A DNA stretch of 64,000 nucleotides, taken from assembly GCA_951406725.2 (NCBI GenBank), contig OX597815.1, forward strand, positions 72,540,001-72,604,000, in the 5' to 3' direction. Positions 1-12,505 of this stretch are shown here, piece after piece. The translations under genes and the position numbers were made by a program. Under the pieces are notes generated by a model. It had not been told where the DNA came from. It searched no databases and was given only the letters and a program-made list of their open reading frames with translations. The DNA comes from Octopus vulgaris. Lineage: Eukaryota. The first letter of the stretch is position 1. The number at the start of each line of letters is the position of its first letter.

Positions 1-251
1 TAGATATATATATATATATATATGCCTCTGTATGAATATACACCTGTCTGTATGTAAATACACCTAAAACAAGCTAATTATAACTGTCAACCAATTTGTA
101 CTTTTCATTAGGTAGCTAACGACTTGGGTGTGATGCAGAAACATGGCGCATATGGGGGAGGATAGAGAAGGAGGGGAGGATGTGATTTCATATATGTATT
201 GCGCATTATTGTAAAAAGGAGTGGAGCAGTTAAACAAGTTTAAAACTTAAC

Positions 252-405
252 GCAGGCATCACTTTGAGGTTAAGAATCTCGCTTTGCAGCCACGTTTGTT
301 CTGGTTCAGTACCTTGGACATTTGTCTTCGACTATTACGCTGGGCTGACTAATACTTTGTGAATGAATTTGGTAGACGGAAACTGTGTGGTAGACTGTCG
401 CGTGC
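252..405 (+). mobile_element. SINE family A, degenerate 5' part
   Basis: Similar to intact copies (13174-13527): ggttcagt..ccttggac..actat..ttgtgaatgaatttggtagacggaaactg. Confidence 0.65.
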
Positions 406-411
406 TTGTAT

Positions 412-624
412 ACTCTTTCTACTCTTTACTCTTTTACTTGTTTCAGTTAATTGACTGTGGCCATGCTGGAGCACCGCCTTTTTTTTTTAGTCGAGCAAAT
501 CGACCCTAGGAATTATTCTTTGTATTGGTCTCTTTTGCAGAACCGCTAAGTTACGGGGACGTAAACACACCAGCATCGGTTGTCAAGTGATGTTGGGGGG
601 GGGACAAACACAGACACACAAACG

Positions 625-704
<80 letters not shown>

Positions 705-865
705 CGACAGGCTTCTTTCAGTTTCCGTCTACCAAATCCACTCACAAGGCTTTGGTCGGCCCGAGGCTATAGTAGCAGACACTTGCTCAAGGTGCCACGC
801 AGTAGGACTGAACTCGGAGCCATGTGGTTCGTTAGAGCAAGCTACTTACCACAGCCACTTCTACG

Positions 866-868
<3 letters not shown>
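412..868 (-). mobile_element. SINE family A (tRNA-like head, internal CA/TA microsatellite, (gtaaaaga)-type tail), full length
   Basis: Reverse complement of the recurrent consensus ggcgcaggagtggctgtgtggtaag...ggcaccttgggcaagtg...gactgaaacaagtaaaaga; about 20 related copies or fragments in the window. Confidence 0.9.
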
Positions 869-933
<65 letters not shown>

Positions 934-994
934 CATATATATATAAGATAGCAAAGTGTACGTACGCCGCTATATATATATATATATATATATA

Positions 995-1167
995 AATACA
1001 AAATGGGACAAGAACGCAAAACATCCAGAAGACGATACAAAAAACACGGACGGGTCATGCGAAGCCTTGAATCTTCAGTCAAGAACCGGATCATCCTCGC
1101 AATTTCGGCTGATTAACCTTGAGATTACTCCAATCTGGCCAGCCCCAAGGAAAAACTAAGCTAAGTG
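995..1167 (-). mobile_element. Short interspersed repeat embedded in (TA)n; possible Penelope-like 3' remnant
   Basis: Related copies at 2505-2708 and 37425-37535 (gggacaagaacg..aatcttcagtcaagaacc..ccccaaggaaaaactaagctaag). Confidence 0.55.
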
Positions 1168-1177
1168 CCTCCGGTTA

Positions 1178-1522
1178 AACTCACCTCACTTTGTCAGCTT
1201 ATAAGAGAATCGTTGACCTCATACGCTGATTTCAAAAACAATAAAAGTGAAAACTACAAATAATGTGGGTGGCTTATGCTTGTTTCTCCTTGTCAGTCAT
1301 TAAGATAGTGCTTCTATGGCGATGGAGTAATTTTGACTCTTATTTCTAGCAATGCTGGTACTACTTAGTACTCTGCACTTTAGTGACGTCTATAAATTTG
1401 CCTTTAAGTTGTTAAATTACTAATACGCCACCCATATTATTTGTAGTTTTCAATTTTACCGTTTTTGAAATCAGCTTATGAGTTCAACGGTCTTCTTATA
1501 AGCTGACAAAGTGAGGTGAGTT
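1178..1522. mobile_element. HHR-repeat family B segment arranged as a fold-back (about 95-bp inverted arms)
   Basis: 1178-1273 (aactcacctcactttgtcagcttataag...gtgggtggc) is the imperfect reverse complement of 1427-1522; 1280-1393 recurs at 2240-2357. Confidence 0.75.
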
Positions 1523-2139
1523 CGGCAACACTTCTGCTCGTCCCTACCTCCCAATAAAAAAAGCCACCCTTAAAAATTTTTTTGCCCCCTTTCTCAACTA
1601 CGGTGAATACGAATCTGCAAAAAAATTGGCAAATATCGGCATTTTTAAATTACTCCCACCCACCTTTTCCTTCATTTTTTTGCTTTTTTCAAAAAAATCT
1701 TTTTTTTCAAAATATGTGCAAAATATGGAGATTATGATTCTGAAAAAATTTCCAAATATTTTTGTAAAATTTTTTTTAAGAATTTTTTTTTTTTTTTCTA
1801 AATATGCGGAAAAATACGGACATTATGATTCGGACAAAAATTTCAAAACATTTCTATAGTTACGGTTAGGGTTAGGATTTTAGGGTTAGGGTTAGCTTTA
1901 GGGTTTTAGGTTAGCGTTAGGGTTGTAGGTTAGCGTTAGGGTCTTAGGGTTAGGGTTAGTGTTGGGGAAAAAGGAAAAATTGAAGAATTGGAGGAAGTGG
2001 GGAAAAAAATTTCACAATGCTGACTTTTGGCAATTTTCCGGAACCTCCGTATCTGAAAACGGGGGTTTCTGACAAAAAAAATTTTTAATGAACAAATTTG
2101 GGAGAAAATGGGGTAGGGTGACGGGCAGAAGCCTATCCA
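1523..2139. mobile_element. Non-autonomous TIR element with internal degenerate (TTAGGG)n, inserted into the family-B repeat
   Basis: Subterminal inverted repeats cttctgctcgtccctacc / ggtagggtgacgggcagaag; flanking direct repeat TGAGTT at 1517-1522 and 2140-2145; ggttag repeats at about 1865-1960. Confidence 0.7.
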
Positions 2140-2164
2140 TGAGTTTAACCATAAGCGCAGTAAG

Positions 2165-2224
2165 AGCCACCGATGAGAATTAAGATGCTCTGCATCAAAA
2201 TTCGAAATTACCGGTGATCTGGCT
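2165..2224 (+). ncRNA. Type I hammerhead ribozyme motif, family B, one core change (CCGAUGA)
   Basis: AGCCA-CCGAUGA-GAAUU(AA)GAUGC UCU GCAUC(AA)AAUUC-GAAA-UUA CCGG UGA-UC-UGGCU; stems I, II and III all pair; AUC triplet at 2217-2219. Confidence 0.75.
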
Positions 2225-2352
2225 ATGCCCACTGAGGTACTTGTCTCCCCTTGTCAGTCATTAAGATGGTGCTTTTGTGGCGATGGAATTGTTTTGACTC
2301 TTATTTCTAGCAATGCAGGTACTACTTAGTACCCTCTGTCACTTTAGTGTCG

Positions 2353-2395
<43 letters not shown>

Positions 2396-2432
2396 ATGTG
2401 TATATATATATATATAAATGTGTGTGTGTATG

Positions 2433-2504
<72 letters not shown>

Positions 2505-2710
2505 CAAAATGGGAAAAGAACACAAAGCGTCCGGACAGTTAGATGATACAAAAATGGGACAACAAAACATCCAGATAGGCGATACAAAGAAAACAATTCG
2601 AAGTTTTCTTTCCTTTGTCGAGTACCAGATTATCATCGCAATTTCAGCTGATTAAACTCGAGATTGCTCCAATCTAGCCAGTCCCCAAGGAAAAACTAAG
2701 CTAAGAGCTT

Positions 2711-2804
<94 letters not shown>

Positions 2805-3193
2805 ACACACACGTTTTTTATATTTTTTTTATTAATAATCGTCGTACTAATAACAAACACTCATGTTTTGAGTTCGATTTTTCTATTTGCATTACCAAAA
2901 TATTTCAAAATAGCACTATTTGGTTTGACTTCATCTTTGACCCCTTGGCTTCAAGACCACCATGCCAAGTGGTTTCGATCTGTATTTGGTCTCCTTGGTG
3001 GTGGGTACTCGTTGCCGGGCATGGCAGCATTTTACTTCGCTGGCAATGTGTAGAAAACGCATCGTATTACAATCTTTGATTTTCAACTTGGAAGTGGAAA
3101 ACAATACTTTTTGGTTTGCCTGCAACTTCTATCATGAACAGATGTGTGCGTGTGTGTGTATGTGTGTGTGTATGCATGTGTGTGCGTGTGTGC

Positions 3194-3227
<34 letters not shown>

Positions 3228-3439
3228 CTTCTACTTGCAAGTTGCATGCCAACCTCACTTGTGCCCATAGCAGGAAAACAGCACTCATTACACGCTGTAA
3301 AGTGTTTGGCATAACGAAGGACATTCAACCGAAGAAACCATTTCATAGTAGACACTGGAGAACGATGTATTCCTTGGACCCATTGCATCTTGTCAAACAG
3401 TCCCACGTAAGACAGTATGGAAAATAGATGTTAAGAGTC

Positions 3440-3530
<91 letters not shown>

Positions 3531-3619
3531 GTGTGCGCGCGCGCGCGCGCGTAACATTACGTACTGGGATTGACTATTTTCGTCTGCAACCCTTGAAGAA
3601 GGTGCCGCAACATTACCAC

Positions 3620-4126
3620 ATGGAAAAATGCGAGTATGAAAAGTAATATTCTTAAGATTATATACATGGAAAAGTACAGGACAAGTTATTACACCTGTAA
3701 AAGTATAGGACAAGCTATTACTTCTAGTAAAGTAAAGAATAAGAAACTTTTTACTTAAAATATTGCAGCAAAGAATGCCAGTTCTTCTAATTTATCACTC
3801 TTTACATTTTTCATCTTTTAAATTTATTGTACAAAACTGTTCAGCTAATTTGTAAGTTTGTCTAATTAGTCACTTTTTTTCTGCATTTAAGATAGTAAAT
3901 TAACCAAATTCTACTTAAATTAGTGTTATTTGTAAACTATAATAAAATAAGTTTTAATATTCAAATTTTAATTATAGCTGCAATATTTTAAGTAACAAGT
4001 TTCTTATTCTTTACTTTACTAGAAGTAATAGCTTGTCCTATATTTTTACATATGTAATAACTTGTCCTGTAATTTTCCTGGTTTATAATCTTAAGAATAT
4101 GACTTTTCATGCTTGCATTTTTCCAT
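3620..4126. mobile_element. MITE / fold-back element with about 150-bp terminal inverted repeats
   Basis: 3620-3769 (atggaaaaatgcgagtatgaaaag...aatattgcagc) is the imperfect reverse complement of 3977-4126. Confidence 0.8.
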
Positions 4127-5013
4127 ATAATCCATGATTTTTCCAGACATTGTTGTTATAAGATAATTAATAATGTGTCAATTAATAATTTAAGATTTTA
4201 CCTTATAAAATATTGAAAGATAATATTTCAATTTTTTCCTGTAAGTGATGATAATATTTAAATTTTTTTCATGTTTAATTTAAATATATGTTGTGATTGA
4301 ATTATTTGATATTACCCATCCACACCAAATTAATGGCAGGGATTTTTACCATGTTGTTGGTTGCACCATGGCTCACCAAAAGTTACAAACAATAAGACTC
4401 CAAAACCATCTGTTACCAGGCTCGCCTTAAGTAACCCAATTTTGCAATATTAGGTCACAGGAATTCATCCAACGAAAAAGAAAATTCCAGTGATTACTGG
4501 ATCGGCGGGGAACCCTTCCTCCACCTCATTTTTCCGAACCAAAATAAGGGATTTTCAGTATATTAGGAAGTCAGGGTACTTGATTCTCCGCAAAAAATCT
4601 TTTTTTTTTTTTTTTTTCGTAGTGAAAATCGTGCAGGTGTCAATATAGAAATTGACCTTAATGTTGTTGATATTTAGCCTCAAATAAACCCTGATACTGC
4701 AAACCGATCATCAAAGACACTCCAGCCTTCAGCAAATCGTCTTTTTAGGGATAATCTAGGACATTACATACAATGGGCGTGTAATTTAGATAGGGGATAC
4801 TTTGGCTGCTATTTTTAGCGTGTCGAGTGACCAGGTAGAGGCTCTCTCATTGATTTGGTTGCGTGATGAGATTTTTTACACATATATGTAATATGTATAT
4901 ATATATATCATCGGCAGAAGTTAGCGAGTAAGTCAAAACCTGAGAGTTTCGTGTATTGGCACTTATCAAACACGAATTTGTCCATTGTCACTCTGTAACT
5001 TGTAACGAAATAA

Positions 5014-5957
5014 CTTCTAAAATACAAAATTTTGTCAAAAACGTTAAAAGTAAACCCTGTTCTATGTGACACATTCTACCAGTATCAGAAGTTTGAAAGT
5101 GTTTAGTTTTAAAAAAAATTGATTAAATAAGCTCTACGTCTAATTGAATAGATCCGAAATGGATGAAAGGCAAAGCCGACCTCGATGGAATTTGAACTCA
5201 AAACGTAAAGACAGACGAAATACCGCTTCTAAGATACAAAATTTTGTCAAAAACATTAAGAGTAGCCCTGTTCTATGTGACACATTCTACCAGTATCGGA
5301 AGTTTACTTTAAAAAAAAATGGATTTAATAATCCGTACGTCAAAGTCGACCTCGGCGAAATTTGAACTCAAAACGTAAAGACAGACGAAATACCGCTTCT
5401 AAGATACAAAATTTTGTCAAAAACATTAAGAGTAGCCCTGTTCTATGTGACACATTCTACCAGTATCGGAAGTTTACTTTAAAAAAAAAATGAATTTAAT
5501 AATCCGTACGTCAAAGTCGACCTCGGCGAAATTTGAACTCAAAACGTAAAGACAGACGTAATACCGCTTCTAAGATACAAAATTTTGTCAAAAACATTAA
5601 GAGTAGCCCTGTTCTATGTGACACATTCTACCAGTATCGGAAGTTTACTTTAAAAAAAAATGAATTTAATAATCCGTACCTCAAAGTCGACCTCGGCGAA
5701 ATTTGAACTCAAAACGTAAAGACAGACGAAATACCGCTTCTAAGATACAAAATTTTGTCAAAAACATTAAGAGTAGCCCTGTTCTATGTGACACATTCTA
5801 CCAGTATCTGAAGTTTACTTTAAGAAAAAATGAATTTAATAATCCGTACGTCAAAGTCGACCTCGGCGAAATTTGAACTCAAAACGTAAAGACAGACGAA
5901 ATGCCGTTAAGTATTTCGCCTGGTGCGTTAACGTTTTCTTGCCAGCACGCCGCCTTA
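5014..5957. repeat. Tandem array of about 170-bp units (about 5 copies) containing a SINE-B fragment
   Basis: aagatacaaaattttgtc recurs at about 5231, 5401, 5572 and 5742; each unit contains gtcgacctcggcgaaatttgaactc from SINE B. Confidence 0.9.
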
Positions 5958-7052
5958 TGATATAAGAATACATCTTAGAAATATATTCTTTATTCTTATT
6001 GCTTAGGCGTTACTTCTTACCTCCTCACTTACTGACATTAAATTTCGCAACATTTTACCTCATAACTGTTTTTCTATTAATTTTTTGTTCAATACGACAA
6101 ATGATTCTGAATTCCTCATGCATTTTTCTATCATTTAAGCAAAGACACTCGTCCAAGGTGCCTCGCAGTGGAATTGAACCCGGAACCATGAGGTTGGGAG
6201 GTAAGCTTCTTACCATCACAGCAACTCCTGTGGATTAATGTGTAGGGTTAGGTCAGTGTAGTAATGTATACGAATTGTCTCACCCGCTACACATCCCTTC
6301 CACTACAAACAATGTGATGGGTAAAGTGGGCGGGGTCAAGGGAATGGACTATGTTAGTTGTTAGTGATACTTTTAACGAACGAAAATTTCCGTAATTGGC
6401 CACGGGACATCGTCATTATGGTAAATGAACGAGGAAGATTAACATTACCACGCCCAATACCAACTACATACGAAATCTGACTAACGGCACACATACACAC
6501 ATAGGCATCCATGTGTGTGCGTATACACACGCACACACACACACACACACACACATGTACATACACATATACACAAGTATGTTTATGTATGCACATATTG
6601 ACACACAGACATATATATATATATTATATATACATACATATATATATATGTGTATATGTATGTATATATATATATATATATATATATACATACACATAAA
6701 TACATACATACGTGTATACATACATGCATACATACATACATACATACATACATACATACATACATACATACATACATACATACATGTACATACACACCCA
6801 CGACAATGGCATTTACATTTGTCAATATCCATACGCATAAACGAACACATGAAAATACACTTTTACACACGCGCATACACAGACACACACACACACACAC
6901 ATACACACGTACACAAAGAAATACACATATTTATATATTGTTAGAATGCAGTATATTAATTTTTAAGGCGGTGCTCCAGCATGGCTGCAGTCAAATAACT
7001 GAAACAAATGAAAGAATAAAAGAAGAGTCGATGTGTGTGTGTGCATGCGTGA

Positions 7053-7112
<60 letters not shown>

Positions 7113-7435
7113 CAAATATTTACACGTACAAAAGTATATTTCACATAGTTAATTACAAATATACATACTGTTATAACTATATAATTTACAAACATACTTG
7201 CTTCATAATACACACATACACGCACACACCCCAGGCGCATGCGCATAAAAACGCTAACAATTATGATTGCAAGGCACACATGCACACAAGATCTGTCTAG
7301 ATGAATATCTATATACACACATCGTATGAAACAAGATAAACACACATAAGCAGAGGCAGATACAGAAACAAACACACACACACACACACACACCCATATA
7401 CAAAAACGCAAACACACACACATACACGCGCGCGT

Positions 7436-7467
<32 letters not shown>

Positions 7468-7564
7468 CGTTAAAGAATTCGATCAATTAAGAAAAATCAC
7501 AAACTTAAATGAAGACACGATTGGGAAGTGAAGTGAAACGAGGTATGATGGAAAAGGGTGTAGT

Positions 7565-7968
7565 ATGATGACGATGGGGATGGGGGTCGTGGAAGCGAGT
7601 GATGGCAGTGGTGGTGGCGATGGTGGTGGCGGTGGTGGTGGTGGTGGTGGTTGTGGTGGTAATTATAAGAATGATGGTAGCAATGTCGACGATCAAGATG
7701 ATCGTGATGGTGATGATGATGATGATGATGATGACAATTATCAAGAAGAAGGCACGATGACGACGATGTGTGTGTGTGTGGTAACGATTGGCAACCTCAA
7801 GAGTGGTGGGGAGAAGAAGTAATAATGATGGTGATGATGATGATGATGAGAACCGAGAAAAATCATAATGACGACTGCGACGACGATGGTGTATAAAGAT
7901 GGCGGTGACAACGACGTCGACGAAGCGAAATTAAGAGCTGGGTAGGGAAGTGAGAACTCGAGCGAATT

Positions 7969-8028
<60 letters not shown>

Positions 8029-8045
8029 ATGATGATGATGAAGAA

Positions 8046-8109
<64 letters not shown>

Positions 8110-8116
8110 GTCTTGG

Positions 8117-8195
<79 letters not shown>

Positions 8196-8260
8196 CTTGG
8201 TGATGCGATGCTGGTGGCTGTGTTGGTGATGCTGACGACGATAACGATGGCGATACCCGA
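7565..8260. repeat. (GAT)n/(GGT)n trinucleotide-rich low-complexity tract
   Basis: Long gatgat runs at about 7969-8195. Confidence 0.9.
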
Positions 8261-8567
8261 TGACGGTAAGAGAAGCGAATTAATGATGAGAGGTTCACGT
8301 TTAAATTGGTTTTTAAGGAGAGGCGTGGCTTTTCGACTTCTTCCCTTTCTCTGTTTAAAGACAGGATGAAGTTAGAATTGAAGTTTAATTGACTATGGTT
8401 GTGTCGATAATTTACGACAGAATTCTTCCCAAAATTCTACAAAGTCATCACGATAAAGAAAATCTAAAAATTCCACTTAATCAGTTTCTTCTTAATTTCG
8501 ATTCAATCTTGTTATTGCAATAATGGAATCACCATCGAAGGTTACACCCACAATAATAACAACAACA

Positions 8568-8619
<52 letters not shown>

Positions 8620-9015
8620 GACCAGTTGGCAGAAACGTTAGCACGCCGGGTGAAATGCTTAGCCGTATTTCGTCTGCTGTTACATTCTGAGTTCAAATTC
8701 CGCCGAGGTCGACTTTGCCTTTCATCCTTTCGGGGTCGATAAATTAAGTACCAGTTAGCACTGGGGTCGATGTGATCGACTTAATCCGTGTGTCTGTCCT
8801 TGTTTGTCCCCTCTGTGTGTAGCCTCTTGTGGGTAGTAAAGAAATAGGTAATTCGGAGGTCACTACGTTCTAACTTCAAATTCCGCCAAGGTCGACTTTG
8901 CCTTTCATCCCTTCGGGATCGATAAATAAAGTACCACTGAAACACTGGGGTCAATGTAAATGACCAAACCCATCCCCACAAATTTCAGGCCTTGTGCCTT
9001 TAGTAGAAAATATTA
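8620..9015 (+). mobile_element. SINE family B, dimeric arrangement
   Basis: ggcagaaacgttagcacgccgg...gagttcaaattccgccgaggtcgactttgcctttcatcc; B-box-like gttcaaat; core occurs twice. Confidence 0.85.
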
Positions 9016-9124
9016 TTTTCATCATCATCATCATCGTCATCATCATCATCACCACCACCACCACCACCATCATCATCATTATCATCATTATTATTATTAG
9101 TATTATTATGGCCGCCATACTGTA

Positions 9125-9520
9125 AAGTCACGGAAGTTTGGAGCTCCGTAAGAAGTGACGAACAAGGTGGCCTGTCTTACCAAGAAATGGGCTAAGAGGA
9201 AGCTGTCCCTGAAAGATGCTTACATCACCTCTGTCATTATTTATTGTCTGACAGTCGTGCCTTGCCCCAGTTATTGCATGATTAAGATTGGAGCGTATCC
9301 TGTTTATTTTCTTGTTGAAGGGACGCGCTCTAATGTTCAAGCGGTCGGTCTGCTGCCAACTCCCTCTGCGTGGCGGCTTAGGCATATCATGGCTTTAATG
9401 CGCAGAAACGCTCTCAGGTTACACCACTTGCAACGAATTTTAGAAGGTGAACGTGTGTGGGCTCCGTTTGTGAGACACGCCTTCCTACAGCTCGTCTCTT
9501 TGACGGAGCTGCAGTGATGG
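9125..9520 (+). pseudogene. LINE fragment, L1/Tx1-like post-RT region
   Basis: ORF 9155-9517: KVACLTKKWAKRKLSLK..YITSVIIYCLTVVPCP..MRRNALRLHHLQR, resembling the W..R.LSL.G motif of Tx1/L1 ORF2. Confidence 0.55.
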
Positions 9521-9789
9521 CTATAATAAGAAAACACTTACGTAAGGTGCCACGCTAAAACCTGAAACCACCTAGCTGCAAAGCGAACTTCTTAACCACA
9601 GTCATGCTTGGTTGTTTACTATCCTTCCCCCAAACCACAACTGGACAAGTGGGCCTATAACCGATGACGTGCCAATCCTGACCATCCAGAATTTTCCACA
9701 TTTTTGTTTTATTTTTACATGCATTGTGTACCACATTACCTAATGTTTCGATGTGATTTACGTCTTTTATTTTTCTTACTTTACACACT

Positions 9790-10150
9790 AAGGTGACATT
9801 TATGACAAGGTGAGTGAAACTTGCGAAAATGGCACGAGTGGAAGGTACCTCTCTCAGTGTAGACCTGTGAGTAGGAAGAAAGGAGTTGGAGAGGACACTC
9901 GTCCTTGGTATTCAAAGTGATCTTCGATAGTGGGATTACTCGATTATCCCTAGAGACCCCATGACTATCATTTTTTTCACTGTTATTCTAGTAGGTTTAA
10001 CAACCACATTGTACTTCTCCTTCATGAGTTTATGCCACTTGAAATTATGGTAAATGGGTGCTCAGTAACTTTAAAATGGTTGTTGCCTTGTACCGATTTA
10101 CCATTTGGTAGGAAAGATTCGCTTTCGATGCTCAATGTAGAAGGTGACTG
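9790..10150 (-). pseudogene. Possible decayed LINE AP-endonuclease fragment
   Basis: Broken minus-strand translation ..PFTIISSG..HEGEV..KPTRITV..KDE resembles the RTE APE region; heavily decayed. Confidence 0.3.
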
Positions 10151-10164
10151 CTAGTTTTCGGCAT

Positions 10165-10649
10165 AGCCGGGTGGTTAACAAGCTTGCTTTGCAAATATGT
10201 CGTTTCGAGTTCAGTCAATACCTTGGGCAAGTGTCTTTCACTATAATAGCCTCATGCCGAATAATGCATTGTGAGTGAATCTGGTTAACGGAATCTGTGT
10301 GGAAGCCCGTCATATATGAGGGATGCTGAAAAATTCCTGGCTTTAAGGGCATCGCGAAATGCCTGGTTGGAGGCCCAACCTTCCTAGTTCTTAAAAAAAA
10401 CTGAAGAACTGCAGCAATATGGGTGTGAATCTGAAAGGGGAATATGTTGAGTAAAATCATAATTAACTAATCCTCCTGTATTTTCTTTTACTCAAACTCG
10501 GGAACTTTTCAGTACCGCGCCTTGTGTGTGTAACGCACACACACACAATCTGAGAGGAGAATATGTTGAATAAAATCATAATTAACTGATCCTCCATTAT
10601 TTTTTTTTTTTATACCCAAAGCCAAGAACTTTTCAATATCCCCTCGCGC

Positions 10650-10696
<47 letters not shown>

Positions 10697-10727
10697 TGTG
10701 TGTGTGTTTGTGTGTGTGTTTGTGTGT

Positions 10728-10812
<85 letters not shown>

Positions 10813-11025
10813 ATCCCTACCTCCATCGCTTGACAACAAGTTTATGTCCCCGTGACGTAGCCATTTGGCAAAAGAGAACGATAGAATAAGTACCAGAATT
10901 TAACAAAAGAGCTATTTAAGGGATCGTTTCCTTCTCTCTTTTTTTTTCGACTTACACCATTCAAGACGATACCCAGTATGACCGCAGTCCAATAACTTGA
11001 TACAAGTAAACACAAGATAAAAAGA
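10165..11025 (+). mobile_element. SINE family A interrupted by a mariner-type MITE
   Basis: Head at 10165-10312, 3' half at about 10810-11025. Confidence 0.65.
10314..10647. mobile_element. Mariner-derived MITE
   Basis: Termini tatgagggatgctgaaaaattcctgg / ccaagaacttttcaatatcccctcg; right end duplicated (aaggggaatatgttga..aactttt occurs twice). Confidence 0.65.
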
Positions 11026-11358
11026 AACGCTGAAAGTTTACTTTTACAACACTGCTCTTTACGGTAAACGTGTCTATTTACTCACATATTTATAAGGCAG
11101 TATTTCCATATCTATACGAATTAATAAAGTCATTATTTATACATTATTAACTGTGCACATATTTATCATTAACGCTGTCCCATCAATGAAAGACTAGCGC
11201 CATTAAATTCGCTGCTTTTATTTTCTTGGCACTATCAGTTATTGATCATATATATTTAGGACTTGGTTTGTTTGCACTTAAAAGTGGTATGACAATAAAA
11301 AAAAATTAATAAGAATACTTTCCGCTCACACAAGGACTAATAAGCATACATACATACA

Positions 11359-11389
<31 letters not shown>

Positions 11390-11660
11390 GTATGCATGTC
11401 TATATAGATGTAGCCTTCTTTCTTTCTCTATCTCTCCCTCTCTCTCTCTCTGTATATATATATAGTCCAATGATGGCTGATCAGGCCGATATTTCAAAGT
11501 TGTCATCAATACTATACTTGTTAAAGAATAATAGATTTGTACTGTACAAAAAGTATTGAGTAATCCATTAGTTTAACGTTAAATTTTTTATATTCGAACA
11601 AAAACAAAACATTTATGTGTGCGCGCGCTATATATAAATATGTATGCACATAGATATATA

Positions 11661-12112
11661 CTGTAAATCCTCGAGTATAGTCCGCCCTTGAGTATAACAC
11701 GCAGAGGATTTTTAAGGGGCTGTACCTGTGAAAAACCTAAACCTTGTGTATAATACGCACCCCTTCTCTATCTTGAGTCAAGGAGGTCTATATAACGTCT
11801 TTGGTTTGTAAAAATGTATACGATAACGTCCTTTATTATTATTGTATATATAACATAATGCAAACGTGTAGCTTTTTTGTGCATTTTGCTTGCAGAAAAT
11901 AAAGAAATAACAGTAATGACGTTTAATAAATGTTGCTTACTGCAAGTTACGGATGATTCTTTTATGACTTCATTGCTTTCAGGCTTAGCTTAAGGTATTT
12001 TCGCGCCCGACATCACAAAATGAGTCTGAATAAACATTGCCGGACAGCAAATCGAGACTTGGACATTGCTTAGAAAATAATTTTCATTTTTAACCTCGTA
12101 TATAGTACGCAC
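11661..12112. mobile_element. Truncated pogo/Tigger-like non-autonomous DNA transposon
   Basis: Begins TA-ctgtaaatcctcgagtatagtccgc, with repeated subterminal motif cctcgagtatag / ccttgagtataa / cctcgtatatagtacgcac. Confidence 0.55.
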
Positions 12113-12155
12113 TCCAGACTGATGACGAGCAAATACTCAGAAACTAGTCTCTGGA
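12113..12155 (+). ncRNA. Type I hammerhead ribozyme, family A copy 1
   Basis: UCCAGA-CUGAUGA-C GAG CAAAUA CUC A-GAAA-C UA G-UC-UCUGGA; palindromic stem III ACUAGU; GUC at 12147-12149. Confidence 0.85.
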
Positions 12156-12462
12156 TGCAGGCTTAGCTGGGTGGAGGTGCTTGTCTTCCCCTTGTAAACA
12201 TAAGAAGACAGGAAATATGTCAAGGCCGACAGGTAGCGTTGATGCTTCCTAGGGCTAAATAGCAGTAGTATGATTCCCTTCATGGGACTGTCGCATTAAG
12301 TTGACAGTATACAACTACTCTGTCGTACCACTACTGCTTATATCTCTCTGAGATATTTCGAAATGTAATATTTCTATTTTTTAATCAGTGGATATATTTC
12401 ACTAGAATTCTTACATGTTTACAAGGGCTAGAAAAGCATCTCCGACTAGCAGGCCATGATAC

Positions 12463-12505
12463 TCCAGACTGATGACGAGCAAAGACTCAGAAACTAGTCT
12501 CTGGA
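12463..12505 (+). ncRNA. Type I hammerhead ribozyme, family A copy 2
   Basis: Same as copy 1 except loop II CAAAGA; GUC at 12497-12499. Confidence 0.85.

Noticed and set aside
1865-1960. (TTAGGG)n telomere-like repeats
   Set aside because: Short, degenerate and internal to a TIR element; not a telomere
5014-5957. CRISPR-like periodicity
   Set aside because: Whole units repeat with no unique spacers; eukaryotic context and no cas genes
7741-8369. Poly-His, poly-Asp and poly-Met ORFs (also 56300-57790)
   Set aside because: Trinucleotide microsatellite translations
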